Positions 32,850 through 41,679 of a stretch of 64,000 nt of DNA are shown here, one piece after another; position 1 is the stretch's first letter; each line of letters begins with the position of its first letter. Under the pieces are notes generated by a model. It was not told the origin of the DNA, did not search any database, and was given only the letters and a program-made list of their open reading frames with translations. The DNA comes from an uncultured delta proteobacterium (lineage in GTDB: Bacteria; Myxococcota; Myxococcia; Myxococcales; Anaeromyxobacteraceae): assembly GCA_963845515.1 (NCBI GenBank), contig CAWJSR010000028.1, forward strand, positions 128,001 to 192,000, written 5' to 3'. Position numbers and translations under genes: made by a program.

Positions 32850-33066
32850 TTAGACAACCGGCGCGATTGTGAGGATGTTGTTGCCCCGGATTACCACGGT
32901 CCCAAGGCTTCTCCCCCGCTGGTTATCAACAAACTCGATCGTCTCGTCCATATGGATATTGAGATATTCGTCTACAGCAACGAGGCGCCCCTGGAGTTTG
33001 CGGCCCTCATCTTTGATCTCGACTGAAATTTTTGAATCAACGAGCGCAAATACTTTTTTTATCGGC
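32850..33066 (-). CDS. Sm-like (Lsm) RNA-binding protein, N-terminus probably clipped by the junction
   Basis: Sm1 (GRLVAVDEYLNIHM) and Sm2 (LGTVVIRGNNI) motifs. Confidence 0.9.
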
Positions 33067-33072
33067 ACACGT
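33060..33072. other. Junction between the archaeal and betaproteobacterial fragments
   Basis: Abrupt return to high GC; Lsm start and the 3' end of the next gene are both cut. Confidence 0.85.
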
Positions 33073-33766
33073 GGTATCCATGGCGGCGCTGCATGAACTG
33101 CTGGATCAGCGCAAAGCGCTCGGTCGGCGTGAAGCCATCACAGGCGTAGGCCGCGACACGGTCGCTGAGCACTTCGAAGGTCAGCTCGGCAACGGGCAGT
33201 TCGCCGTCCATCAGCGCGACCGGCAGCACCACCGCCCGAGCCTGCGTGAAGGCGCGCAGCCAGCGGCGGAACATCGCGACCATGGGCGCTGCGGGCTCGA
33301 GCCGGCGCACACGCGCATCGGCCGCGGGCGGCGCGGGCAGCAGCAGGCCACGCAGCCGGGCCCAGGCCAGCATGTCGCGCAGGTGCGTGTCGGCCGCGTA
33401 GCTGCGCGTGCCGCCGCGCGTGTACAGCTCGCGCACGCGCGCCAGCGTGATGCCGCTGCGCGGATCGTCCGGGTCGCGCCGATGGTGCAGGTGCATGCAG
33501 CACGCCAGCAGCAGGTACATCGGCATGTCGCGCACCACGCGCATCGCCATCGGCGTGTCGCCCAGGAAGTCCAGCACCGCGCGAGCGGTGTCCTGCGCCA
33601 CGGCCACGAAGCCGGGGGTGTCGGACAGCCGCTGCACGGCAGCGTAGAAGGCATCGCGCTGCAGCGTGCCGGCCTGCCAGATGCCGCCGTGGCACCGCAG
33701 CCAGGGCGGTGCGCCAGGGTCCAGCAGAGGAGCGACGGACATCGTGCTGAAGTTTGCCATGGGCAT
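33067..33766 (-). CDS. Hypothetical protein, paralog of 51009-51998, C-terminus truncated at the junction
   Basis: YLLL....LHHRRDP.DP.SG.T motif shared with 51009-51998. Confidence 0.7.
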
Positions 33767-33818
33767 GTGCCGAAGCTCTGCCTAGCATCCGGCCCGATTC
33801 CAACGCGGAGACAGCCCG

Positions 33819-35489
33819 ATGAACGCACGATGGATGGCGGCCGCACTGCTGGGCCTGCTGGTGGCCTGCGGCGGTGACGGTGACGGTGACAATGGCAGCG
33901 GCAGCGGCAGCGGCAGCGGCAGCGGCAGCGGCACGACCCCCGCCGATCGGCCCGCGCTGGTGGCCACGTCGGCCGAAGCCGCCGGTGCCCACTGCGCCCA
34001 CGGCGGCAGCCGCATCGACGCCGGTATCGACAGCAACGGCAACGGCGTGCTCGATGCCGACGAAGTCGACAGCGTGCGCTACGTGTGCAACGGCAGCAAC
34101 GGCATCGGCACGCTGATGCAGGTGCATGCCGAAGCCCCGGGCGCAAACTGCGCCGCCGGCGGCAGGCGCATCGACACCGGCGCGGATGGCAACGCCGACG
34201 GTGTGCTGGACGCCGCCGAGATCGGCAGCAGCAGCTATGTCTGCAACGGCGTGAACGGCACGAACGGCGCAGACGGCAGCAACGGCAGCAACGGCAGCGC
34301 CGGCGCCCCCGGCCCGGGCCTGCGTTGGGTGACGGTGACGTCGGCGGTGACGGCCCAGCCCAACACCGGCTACATGGCCGACAACGACGACAGCGAGGTC
34401 GTGGTGACGCTGCCGGCCAGCCCGGCACCCGGCGACACGCTGCGCATCAGCGGTCCGGGCGCCGGCGGCTGGCGCATTGCCCAGCAGCCGGGGCAGTCGA
34501 TCAGCCTGGTCGCGCTCGGCGTGCGCACTGCCGACACATGGAACGCGCGCCCGCCCAGCGCCTACTGGCAGCACATCGCGTCGTCGGCCGACGGCACGCG
34601 GCTGCTCGGCATGCCCTTCAACGACCAGCTGTACCTGTCGATCGACGCCGGCGCCACCTGGAGCGCCCGCGAAAGCGCGCGCAACTGGTCCTGGGGTGCG
34701 GCCTCGGCCGACGGCCGGCGTTGGGTGGCCACGGCCTACGGCGAAGCCATCTACACCTCCGCCGACGGCGGCGAGACCTGGGTCGCGCGTCCGCTGACCG
34801 GCAACTGGCAGGGCGTGGCCTCTTCGGCCGACGGCCAAAGGCTGGTGGCCGTCGAATGGCAGGGGCCGATCCGCATCTCCACCGATGGCGGCGCCAGCTG
34901 GAGCAGCCACGAATCGGCGCGCGACTGGATCTCGGTAGCCTCCTCGGCCGACGGGCAGAAGCTCGTCGCCTTGGTCTACGGCGGCGGTATCCACATGTCG
35001 AACGACGGCGGGCTCACCTGGAGCCAGGCCGGCAGCACCGGCTCGTGGTGGCGGGTGGCGATGTCGGCGGACGGCTCGCACATCGCGGTGGCGGCGCTGC
35101 GCGGCCTGATCCAGGTGTCCACCGATGGCGGCGCCAGCTGGAGCGTTCGCCGCGGCCAGGGCGAATGGCGCGGCCTGGCGATGTCGGCCGACGGCCGCAA
35201 GCTGCTGGCCGCCGCCTACGGCGGGCTGCTGCACCGTTCCACCGATGCGGGCCTGACCTGGACCACGCACGAAACCACCCTCGACTGGAGCGTTGCCGCC
35301 TCCTCGGCCGACGGCTCGCGGCTGGTGAGCGCCGGCTGGGGACGCTCGGTCTACACCTCGTCGAGCTGGACCACGCCTGGCAGCGCCGGCGGGCTGCGCG
35401 GCCAGCAGCAGGAGGCGATCGAGCTGCAGTACTTCGGCAACGGCGAGTTCGGCGTGCTCAGCGTCAGTGGCAGCCCGGCGAGCCCGTAG
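33819..35489 (+). CDS. Surface lipoprotein with two Cys-bracketed Ca-binding-like repeats and an Asp-box/BNR beta-propeller
   Basis: Lipobox LLVAC; GS linker; two C..GG..I..G.D.N..GVLD..E.....VCNG repeats; six S.D.G..W boxes; seven W....SADG blades. Confidence 0.8.
   Translation: MNARWMAAALLGLLVACGGDGDGDNGSGSGSGSGSGSGTTPADRPALVATSAEAAGAHCAHGGSRIDAGIDSNGNGVLDADEVDSVRYVCNGSNGIGTLMQVHAEAPGANCAAGGRRIDTGADGNADGVLDAAEIGSSSYVCNGVNGTNGADGSNGSNGSAGAPGPGLRWVTVTSAVTAQPNTGYMADNDDSEVVVTLPASPAPGDTLRISGPGAGGWRIAQQPGQSISLVALGVRTADTWNARPPSAYWQHIASSADGTRLLGMPFNDQLYLSIDAGATWSARESARNWSWGAASADGRRWVATAYGEAIYTSADGGETWVARPLTGNWQGVASSADGQRLVAVEWQGPIRISTDGGASWSSHESARDWISVASSADGQKLVALVYGGGIHMSNDGGLTWSQAGSTGSWWRVAMSADGSHIAVAALRGLIQVSTDGGASWSVRRGQGEWRGLAMSADGRKLLAAAYGGLLHRSTDAGLTWTTHETTLDWSVAASSADGSRLVSAGWGRSVYTSSSWTTPGSAGGLRGQQQEAIELQYFGNGEFGVLSVSGSPASP
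33894..33932 (+). repeat. (ggcagc)n hexamer microsatellite encoding a Gly-Ser linker
   Basis: Six tandem ggcagc units. Confidence 0.8.
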
Positions 35490-35516
35490 CCCGGCCGTGC
35501 ACCAAGCAGCGGGCTT

Positions 35517-36143
35517 TCAGTTCGACTTGATCTTCGCCATCAGCGTGCGCACCTCCTCGCGCCGGCCGGTGTCGGCGATCTGCCGGCCGGGCCGCGACGG
35601 TGCCTGCAGCGCCTTCTCCAGGTAGGGCATCGCCTCGTCGGCGTGTCTGGTCTCGACCAGGTACTCGGCATAGAAGAAGTTCGGGTCGATGCCCTGCGGG
35701 TTGATCGCCAGCGCCTTTTGCAGCAGTTCCTTGGCCTTGGCCTTGTCGCCGAAGCCCAGCGGCCAGCCCGGCACCTTGTAGTACAGCACGCCCAGGCTGT
35801 TGTAGGCGGAACCGTCCAGCGCCTTGGCATCGATCTGCAGCGCCTGCTCGTAGTCGGCCTTGGCCTGCTTGACCAGCCCCAGGGCGCCGATGCCGCCCTT
35901 CTCGCCGGCCCAGGAGCTGACGATGATGCCCTCCCAGATCAGCGGCTCGCTGCGCCCGGGGTAGGTCTCGGTGACCTTGTGCGCCTTGGTGCTCAGCGCC
36001 TCGAAGCGCCTCTCGCGCTCGGACTGCGGCGTCTGGTAGCGAATGACTTCCCAGTCGCGCTGCAGTTCGGCGACGGCATCGTCAACCGGTGCTGCCCATG
36101 CCACGATGGGCAGCAGGGCCAGGGCCAGCAACAACTTCTTCAT
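35517..36143 (-). CDS. Secreted TPR protein
   Basis: Signal peptide; GSAYNSLGVLYYKVPGWPLGFGD; GIDPNFFYAEYL. Confidence 0.82.
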   Translation of the reverse strand: MKKLLLALALLPIVAWAAPVDDAVAELQRDWEVIRYQTPQSERERRFEALSTKAHKVTETYPGRSEPLIWEGIIVSSWAGEKGGIGALGLVKQAKADYEQALQIDAKALDGSAYNSLGVLYYKVPGWPLGFGDKAKAKELLQKALAINPQGIDPNFFYAEYLVETRHADEAMPYLEKALQAPSRPGRQIADTGRREEVRTLMAKIKSN

Positions 36144-36922
36144 GAGGAGGTCTTCGGTGACAGAGGTTGTGGGGGTGCCGACCACAGGCTGCGGCGGTGT
36201 TTGGCAAAGCTGCCGTCAAGGCGGGCGCCGAGCACGCCGTTCAGGCGCACGGCCAGCCGTTCCGGGTAGCCGACGAAGGCTTCGGCGGCTTCGCTCTCGA
36301 TCAGCTTCAGCAGCGCGGCGGCCACCGCTTCGGGCGTGTCCATGGCCGTGCCGGTGGCCCGGTTGTAGGTCTCGACCGCGGCACCGTTGAAGGGTGTGCG
36401 CGTGCTGCGCGGGCCGAGGATCTGCACGCGCAGCTTCGTGTCGGCCAGCTCGCGGCGCAGCGCCTCGGCAAAGCCGTGCAGCCCCGCCTTGCTGGCGCCG
36501 TAGACGCTGAAGCCGGGCAGGCCGATGCGCCCCAGTGCCGATCCCACGAACACCAGCTGCGCACACGGCTGGCGCAGCAGTTGCGGCAGCAAGGCCTGCG
36601 TCAGCCGCATCGGTGCCAGCAGGTTGGCCTGCAGCACCTGTTCCATCTGCGATGCGGGGGTGTCGGCCAGCGCGCCGAAGGCCGGCACGCCGGCGGCATG
36701 CACCACGACATTGGCGCGCCAGTCGGCCGCGGCGGCGGCCACGCGGGCCACGCCGGACGGTGTGTTCAGGTCGGCGCGCACCCAGGCCATGTCGAGCGGC
36801 GGCGTTTCGCCGCGGCCCACGCCCATCAGCTGCGCGCCGGCCTGCCGCAATGCCCGGGCCATCGCCTGGCCGATCCCGCCGCTGGCGCCGGTGAGCAGCA
36901 CGCGCGCGTCGGCGGCCTTCAT
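36140..36922 (-). CDS. SDR-family oxidoreductase
   Basis: TGASGGIG, YGASK. Confidence 0.9.
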   Translation of the reverse strand: MKAADARVLLTGASGGIGQAMARALRQAGAQLMGVGRGETPPLDMAWVRADLNTPSGVARVAAAAADWRANVVVHAAGVPAFGALADTPASQMEQVLQANLLAPMRLTQALLPQLLRQPCAQLVFVGSALGRIGLPGFSVYGASKAGLHGFAEALRRELADTKLRVQILGPRSTRTPFNGAAVETYNRATGTAMDTPEAVAAALLKLIESEAAEAFVGYPERLAVRLNGVLGARLDGSFAKHRRSLWSAPPQPLSPKTSS

Positions 36923-37590
36923 GCCGGCACCGCCTCGGCCTGCGGCAGCGGCAGGCTGCGGAACACGTCGCCGTACAGACGGAAGAAGGCACGCGCCGCA
37001 TGCACGATGTCGGCCTGGTCGCGCGGGTCGTCGATCTGGTCCATCAGCAGCGCGAAATGCGCGGTGTGCTGCTGGTCCAGCGTGCCGTGCGAGCGCAGAT
37101 AGCTGAAGGCCGCATCGGGCAGCGCCAGCGGCCGCTGGATGGCATCGGCCGCCATCAGCGCCAGCGACACGCTGGTGCCTTCGAGCACATGCACCATGCC
37201 GAAGAAGCCCAGCGGGTTGCCGCGCGCGATGGTGTCGTAGGCATAGGCCACCATCACTTCGGTGGCATGGCCGCCGCGGCCGTGGCGCACCGCGTCGGCA
37301 TCGGCGCCGCAGGCGGCGATGTCGTCGAGGATCCACTCGTCGTGGCCCGCTTCTTCGTCGACGTAGTCGTCCAGCGGCGCACGCAGCCAGTCGTGGTGGG
37401 CGGGCAGCGCGGCCTTCGTCGAGCGCAGCAACGGCACCGTGTGGCGCACGTGGTGGTAGGCCTCGCGCAGGAAGGCCACGTAGCTGGCCAGCGAGACCTC
37501 GCCGCGCAGGCAGCCCTGGATGATTGGCGTGGCCAGCAGGCCCTGGCGCGCGTCGGCGCTTTGTTGCAGCAGTCGTTCGTGAAAGCTCAT
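36919..37590 (-). CDS. Heme-oxygenase-like diiron (iron-containing redox) enzyme
   Basis: AYHHVRHTVPL, EEAGHDEW, VHVLEG, SHGTLD..H. Confidence 0.85.
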   Translation of the reverse strand: MSFHERLLQQSADARQGLLATPIIQGCLRGEVSLASYVAFLREAYHHVRHTVPLLRSTKAALPAHHDWLRAPLDDYVDEEAGHDEWILDDIAACGADADAVRHGRGGHATEVMVAYAYDTIARGNPLGFFGMVHVLEGTSVSLALMAADAIQRPLALPDAAFSYLRSHGTLDQQHTAHFALLMDQIDDPRDQADIVHAARAFFRLYGDVFRSLPLPQAEAVPA

Positions 37591-39020
37591 GGTCGGTTCA
37601 GGTCGTGAGTTCGTGGAGCCAACGCATCGGCATGGCATTGGTGGATGGCGGCACGCTGCGGCCGTCCGTTGGCCGTCGCCAGGCCGCTGTGCACATCGAA
37701 GGCGGCGCGGCCGCGCGTCCAATGCGCGATCCGCGCATAGTCGGGCAGCGTGGCATTGGCGGCATCGACCGCGGCCTGCAGCGCCGCATCGTCGGCATCG
37801 CTGCGCAGGGGCCACAGCACCGCCGACAGCGACGCCGCGCCGTCGCCGAAGACCACCGCCTGCAGCAGCGCCGGTTGGCCGCGCAGCGCGGTCTCCACCC
37901 ATTCGGGCGAGACGTTGCGGCCGTAGGCGGTGATCAGCAGGTGCTTCTTGCGGCCCGACACGTACAGGTAGCCGTCGGCGTCGACATGGCCCAGGTCGCC
38001 GCTGGGCCACCATTCAGGCACCGGCGCGGCATCGCCCAGGTAGCCGCTGAACAGGCTGCCGGCGACCAGGATCTCCTGGTCGCCGGCGATACGCAGCCGT
38101 GCATGCGGCAGCACACGGCCGGCGCTGCCGGGGCGTTGCGCACCGGGCAGGTTGAGCGTCTGCACCGATGCGCCCTCGGACAGACCGTAGCCTTCGCAGG
38201 CCGGGATGCCCAACGCGCGTGCGCTGCGGATCAGCGCCTCACCGACGGCGGCGCCGCCCACCGCCACCAGCTTCAGCGCTGCCGGCGCGCGCTTTCGCGT
38301 GTGCAGCAGGTGGCCGCACCAGGCGCGCAGCATCTGCGGCAGCAGGATCAGGCTGTGCGGCTGCTGCTGCTGCACCACCGCCTGGAAGCGCGCGGCGTCG
38401 AAACTCGACGAGCCGCTCAGGCCGACCTGCTGCAACGGCAGCGTCACCACTGTCGCGCCCTGCAGGCGCGGCGCCATCAAGCCGGCGATGTTCTCCAGCA
38501 GCACGGCAAAGGGCAGCACGTTGAGGTGGCGCTCGATGCGCAGCGGCGCCATCGCCTCGACCAGGCCGTGGGCCACTCGCTGCAAGGCCGCGGCGGACAG
38601 GCACACGCCCTTGGGCGCGCCGGTGGTGCCGGAGGTGAAGCTGATCTTCGCGGTGTGCGCGGGCATCGCCACCGCCGCGGTGTCGAGCCGCGCACGCATC
38701 AGCGGCTCACCAGCGATCTCGCAGGCCGACCAAGCCAGGTCGGTCCAGCCGCGCGCCAGCGGCGGCAGCGCCAGCAGCGTGTCCACCCCCGCGGCGCGCA
38801 GCGCATGCTGCATCTGCTCGGCGCTGAAGAACTGCGGCAGCGGCACGTGCACGATGCCGCACTGCAGCGCCGCCTCGTCCAGCGCGACGAAGGCCGGCGT
38901 GTTGTCCAGCACCGTGGCCAGCACGCGCACACCTGCCAGCGCCTGCGCGGCATCGGCCACGGCCGCGTTCAACTGGGCGGCGCTCCAGCGGCGCCGCCCG
39001 TCCTCCAGCGCAGGCCTCAT
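37587..39020 (-). CDS. AMP-binding (acyl-CoA ligase-like) enzyme
   Basis: FTSGTTGAPKG, EGYGLSE, SGDLG, GRKK, GRNVSPE. Confidence 0.9.
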   Translation of the reverse strand: MRPALEDGRRRWSAAQLNAAVADAAQALAGVRVLATVLDNTPAFVALDEAALQCGIVHVPLPQFFSAEQMQHALRAAGVDTLLALPPLARGWTDLAWSACEIAGEPLMRARLDTAAVAMPAHTAKISFTSGTTGAPKGVCLSAAALQRVAHGLVEAMAPLRIERHLNVLPFAVLLENIAGLMAPRLQGATVVTLPLQQVGLSGSSSFDAARFQAVVQQQQPHSLILLPQMLRAWCGHLLHTRKRAPAALKLVAVGGAAVGEALIRSARALGIPACEGYGLSEGASVQTLNLPGAQRPGSAGRVLPHARLRIAGDQEILVAGSLFSGYLGDAAPVPEWWPSGDLGHVDADGYLYVSGRKKHLLITAYGRNVSPEWVETALRGQPALLQAVVFGDGAASLSAVLWPLRSDADDAALQAAVDAANATLPDYARIAHWTRGRAAFDVHSGLATANGRPQRAAIHQCHADALAPRTHDLNRP

Positions 39021-39631
39021 GGGCGGATGCGACGCGACAGCCGCTGCGTCGCGGCGTCCAGCCGGCCGGCCAGCACCAGCGGCTTGTGGTCGTAGTAGCT
39101 GCCCCACTGCGCGGCCTGCTCGCCCAGCAGCGCCGGGTCGGCCACGCCCAGCGCCAGCGGCGCGACGCCCATGCGCACGAACAGGTTGCGCAGTTCCTGC
39201 GTCAGCGTACTGACGACCCAGTCGAAGCCCTGCAAGCACAGGTGCGGGCCGAGCAGGCGGATCAGCCGCCGCCCTTCGCCGGCACGCGACGCCGCGAGAT
39301 GACCGACCTCGACGATGCCCTCGCGCGCCGGCGTGGCCGGCAGCAGCGCCTGCACCGGCGCTGCAAGGTAGCGCTCCAGGAACAGCGGCCCGAGACAGGC
39401 CGCGCGGTAGCCGGCCGCCGCCACGCGTTCGCCCTGCTCGTCGTGCAGGCTCACCAGCACCGGTGCGAACTGGCGCAGCACCGCGCCGAAGCGTTGCTGG
39501 TAGACGGCGGCGACAAAGCCCTCAACCTGCTCGCGCCCTGGCGATGCCGTGTCATAGAAATGCAGCCGCTGCGCCGGCAACGGCCGGGGCATCGGGGATC
39601 GAAGCCGCGGCTCGGCCGGCATGGACATCAT
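39017..39631 (-). CDS. 'Thermostable hemolysin' family protein (GNAT-like)
   Basis: AAAGYR, LFLERYL..P, IVEVGHLA, WGSYY..KP.V; start codon uncertain. Confidence 0.82.
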   Translation of the reverse strand: MMSMPAEPRLRSPMPRPLPAQRLHFYDTASPGREQVEGFVAAVYQQRFGAVLRQFAPVLVSLHDEQGERVAAAGYRAACLGPLFLERYLAAPVQALLPATPAREGIVEVGHLAASRAGEGRRLIRLLGPHLCLQGFDWVVSTLTQELRNLFVRMGVAPLALGVADPALLGEQAAQWGSYYDHKPLVLAGRLDAATQRLSRRIRP

Positions 39632-39702
39632 CAGCACTCACGCTCCCTTCACACGGTCGCCGGTGGCAACCCGATGGATGAAGGTGATGCTGGGCGGTGC
39701 GG

Positions 39703-39719
39703 CTTAAGGCGCTATTAAT
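39703..39719. promoter_or_regulatory. QseB/PmrA-type direct-repeat box
   Basis: CTTAAG-GCGCT-ATTAAT, a conspicuous AT-rich island ~70 bp upstream of the operon. Confidence 0.55.
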
Positions 39720-39759
39720 CGTGGACCGCCGGTGAGGCGCTGCCGCGCCGCACCGTGAG

Positions 39760-40200
39760 CTACTGCCCGCGCAGTTCGGCCAGACGTGCGGCCGCGTCCT
39801 TCTTGCCCATGCTGCGCAGCGACGCCAGCGCCTGCAGATGCTTGGCGCGCGGCCGGGCCTTGCCGTCTTCCCAGTTGTAGATCGACTGCCCGGACGCGCC
39901 GACGAGCAGACCCACTTCCAGCGCCGACAGGCCCAGCCGCTTGCGCTGAGACACCAGGCCCTTGGGGCTGAAGCGCGGCGCGCGCGCCGACGGCTCGTCG
40001 GCTGCCGCCGGCAACGCCTTGGCCGTGGCCTTGCCGAGCCGGCGCAGTTCGGCTTCGAGCGCCAGCGCCCGCCGCTTCAGCGCCGCGATCTCGCTGCGAT
40101 AGCTGCTGACGGCCTTCTTGAGGCTCGCGGTCTCACCGCGCACTTCTTTGCGTGCGACCCGCGAGATCTCGCTCTTGAGGAGGGATGCAATGTTTGCCAT
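39760..40200 (-). CDS. XRE-family HTH protein with N-terminal coiled coil
   Basis: MANIASLLKSEISRVARKEVR; RKRLGLS..EVG.LVGASGQSIYNWE.GK. Confidence 0.85.
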   Translation of the reverse strand: MANIASLLKSEISRVARKEVRGETASLKKAVSSYRSEIAALKRRALALEAELRRLGKATAKALPAAADEPSARAPRFSPKGLVSQRKRLGLSALEVGLLVGASGQSIYNWEDGKARPRAKHLQALASLRSMGKKDAAARLAELRGQ

Positions 40201-40302
40201 GGGGCTACATTGTGCAGTGGTTCGCCAAGCCCTCGTCATCCCGCGATCGGGACGGATCGGCAGCTCGCTACCATCGCTGCAACTCAGCCATCCGCACAGC
40301 GC

Positions 40303-41610
40303 ATGCACGCGAACACGGGATTCAGACTGCCGCATCTTTGCCTGCCGCGGCCGGGCATCGACCTGGCGAAGTGGGCGGTCATCGCCTGTGATCAGTACAC
40401 CGCCGAACCCGAGTATTGGCAGCGGGTCGCGCATGAGGTCGGCGACGCGCCGTCGACGCTGCAGCTGATATTTCCGGAGGTCTACCTGGGCGCAGCCGAC
40501 GCGCCGCAGCGCATCGCACGCATCCAGGAAACGATGCGGCGCTACCTGGCCGAAGGCCAGCTGGTCGAGCACGACGGCGCAGTGCTGGTCGAGCGGCGCA
40601 TCGGCCGGCATCTGCGCCGCGGCCTGATGCTGGAACTGGACCTGGAGCACTACGACTTCAGCCCCAGCTCCACCAGCCTGATCCGACCCACCGAAGGCAC
40701 CATCGTCGAACGCCTGGCGCCGCGCATCGAGGTGCGCCGCGGCGCCGAGCTGGAGCTGCCGCACATCCTGGTGCTGATCGACGACCCGGCCTGCAGCGTC
40801 ATCGAGCCGGTGGCCGCCGAGCGCGACGCGCTGCGCGCGCTGTACGACACCGAGCTGATGGGCGGTGGCGGCCACGTCAGCGGCCATGCGCTCACAGCCG
40901 AACAAGGTGAGCGGATCGTGCGCGCGCTGCAGGCGCTGGCCGAGCCGCGCGCCTTCGAGGCGCGTTATGCCGTGCCAGCGGGCACGCCGCCGATGTTGTT
41001 TGCCGTCGGCGACGGCAACCATTCGCTGGCCACCGCCAAGTCGATCTGGGAGCAGGTCAAGGCCACGGTCGGCCTGCAGCACCCCAGCCGCTGGGCGCTG
41101 GTCGAGGTGGTCAACATCCACGACCCGGCGCTGGCTTTCGAGCCGATCCATCGCCTGCTGTTCGGCGTCAGTGCCGACGTGCGCCAGGCACTGGCCGAGG
41201 AATACGGTCCAAGGCTGCGCTGCATCGACGTGGACAGCGCCGAAGCCATGCGCCAGCGGCTCAAGGGCCAACGCGCAGCACAGGCCTTCGGGCTGATCGG
41301 GCCCGGGGCGCGCTTCAGCGTCATCGAGATCAGCGAGCCACCGTCGTCGCTGGCGGTCGGCACGGTGCAGGCCTTCGTCGATCGCTTCATCGCCCATGGT
41401 GGCGCCAAGGAGGTGGACTACGTGCACGGCGACGATGTGCTCGAGAGGCTGGCGCAGCAGAGCGGCCATGTCGGGCTGCACCTGGACACCGTGGGCAAGA
41501 GCGAACTGCTGAAGCGCGTGGTGCTCGAAGGCCCGCTGCCGCGCAAGACCTTCTCGATGGGCGAAGCGCACGAGAAGCGCTTCTACATCGAGGCGCGGCG
41601 CATCCGCTAG
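40303..41610 (+). CDS. DUF1015 family protein
   Basis: WAVIACDQYT, LIRPTEGTI, AVGDGNHSLATAK, LPRKTFSMG. Confidence 0.85.
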   Translation: MHANTGFRLPHLCLPRPGIDLAKWAVIACDQYTAEPEYWQRVAHEVGDAPSTLQLIFPEVYLGAADAPQRIARIQETMRRYLAEGQLVEHDGAVLVERRIGRHLRRGLMLELDLEHYDFSPSSTSLIRPTEGTIVERLAPRIEVRRGAELELPHILVLIDDPACSVIEPVAAERDALRALYDTELMGGGGHVSGHALTAEQGERIVRALQALAEPRAFEARYAVPAGTPPMLFAVGDGNHSLATAKSIWEQVKATVGLQHPSRWALVEVVNIHDPALAFEPIHRLLFGVSADVRQALAEEYGPRLRCIDVDSAEAMRQRLKGQRAAQAFGLIGPGARFSVIEISEPPSSLAVGTVQAFVDRFIAHGGAKEVDYVHGDDVLERLAQQSGHVGLHLDTVGKSELLKRVVLEGPLPRKTFSMGEAHEKRFYIEARRIR

Positions 41611-41679
41611 GCCGCCTGCGGGCGGCGCAATGCCGCCCGCCACACGAAGGATTTGGCCGTCCACGCAAAATTCCGCGCC

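Noticed and set aside
22527..33066. Archaeal DNA horizontally inserted into a bacterial chromosome
   Set aside because: The flanks come from different bacterial groups, genes are truncated at both ends, and there are no mobility signals; concatenation or chimera is simpler
34560..35340. Regularly spaced tcggccgacggc repeats as a CRISPR-like array
   Set aside because: They are in-frame, degenerate propeller-blade codons inside a CDS, and no cas genes are present
39017..39631. A true cytolytic toxin
   Set aside because: No signal peptide or pore-forming features; the family name is historical and the gene context is enzymatic
33138..41664. Long minus-strand ORFs 33138-35270 and 39760-41664
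   Set aside because: Antisense to the lipoprotein and DUF1015 genes; only the last ~146 codons of the second ORF (the XRE protein) look real
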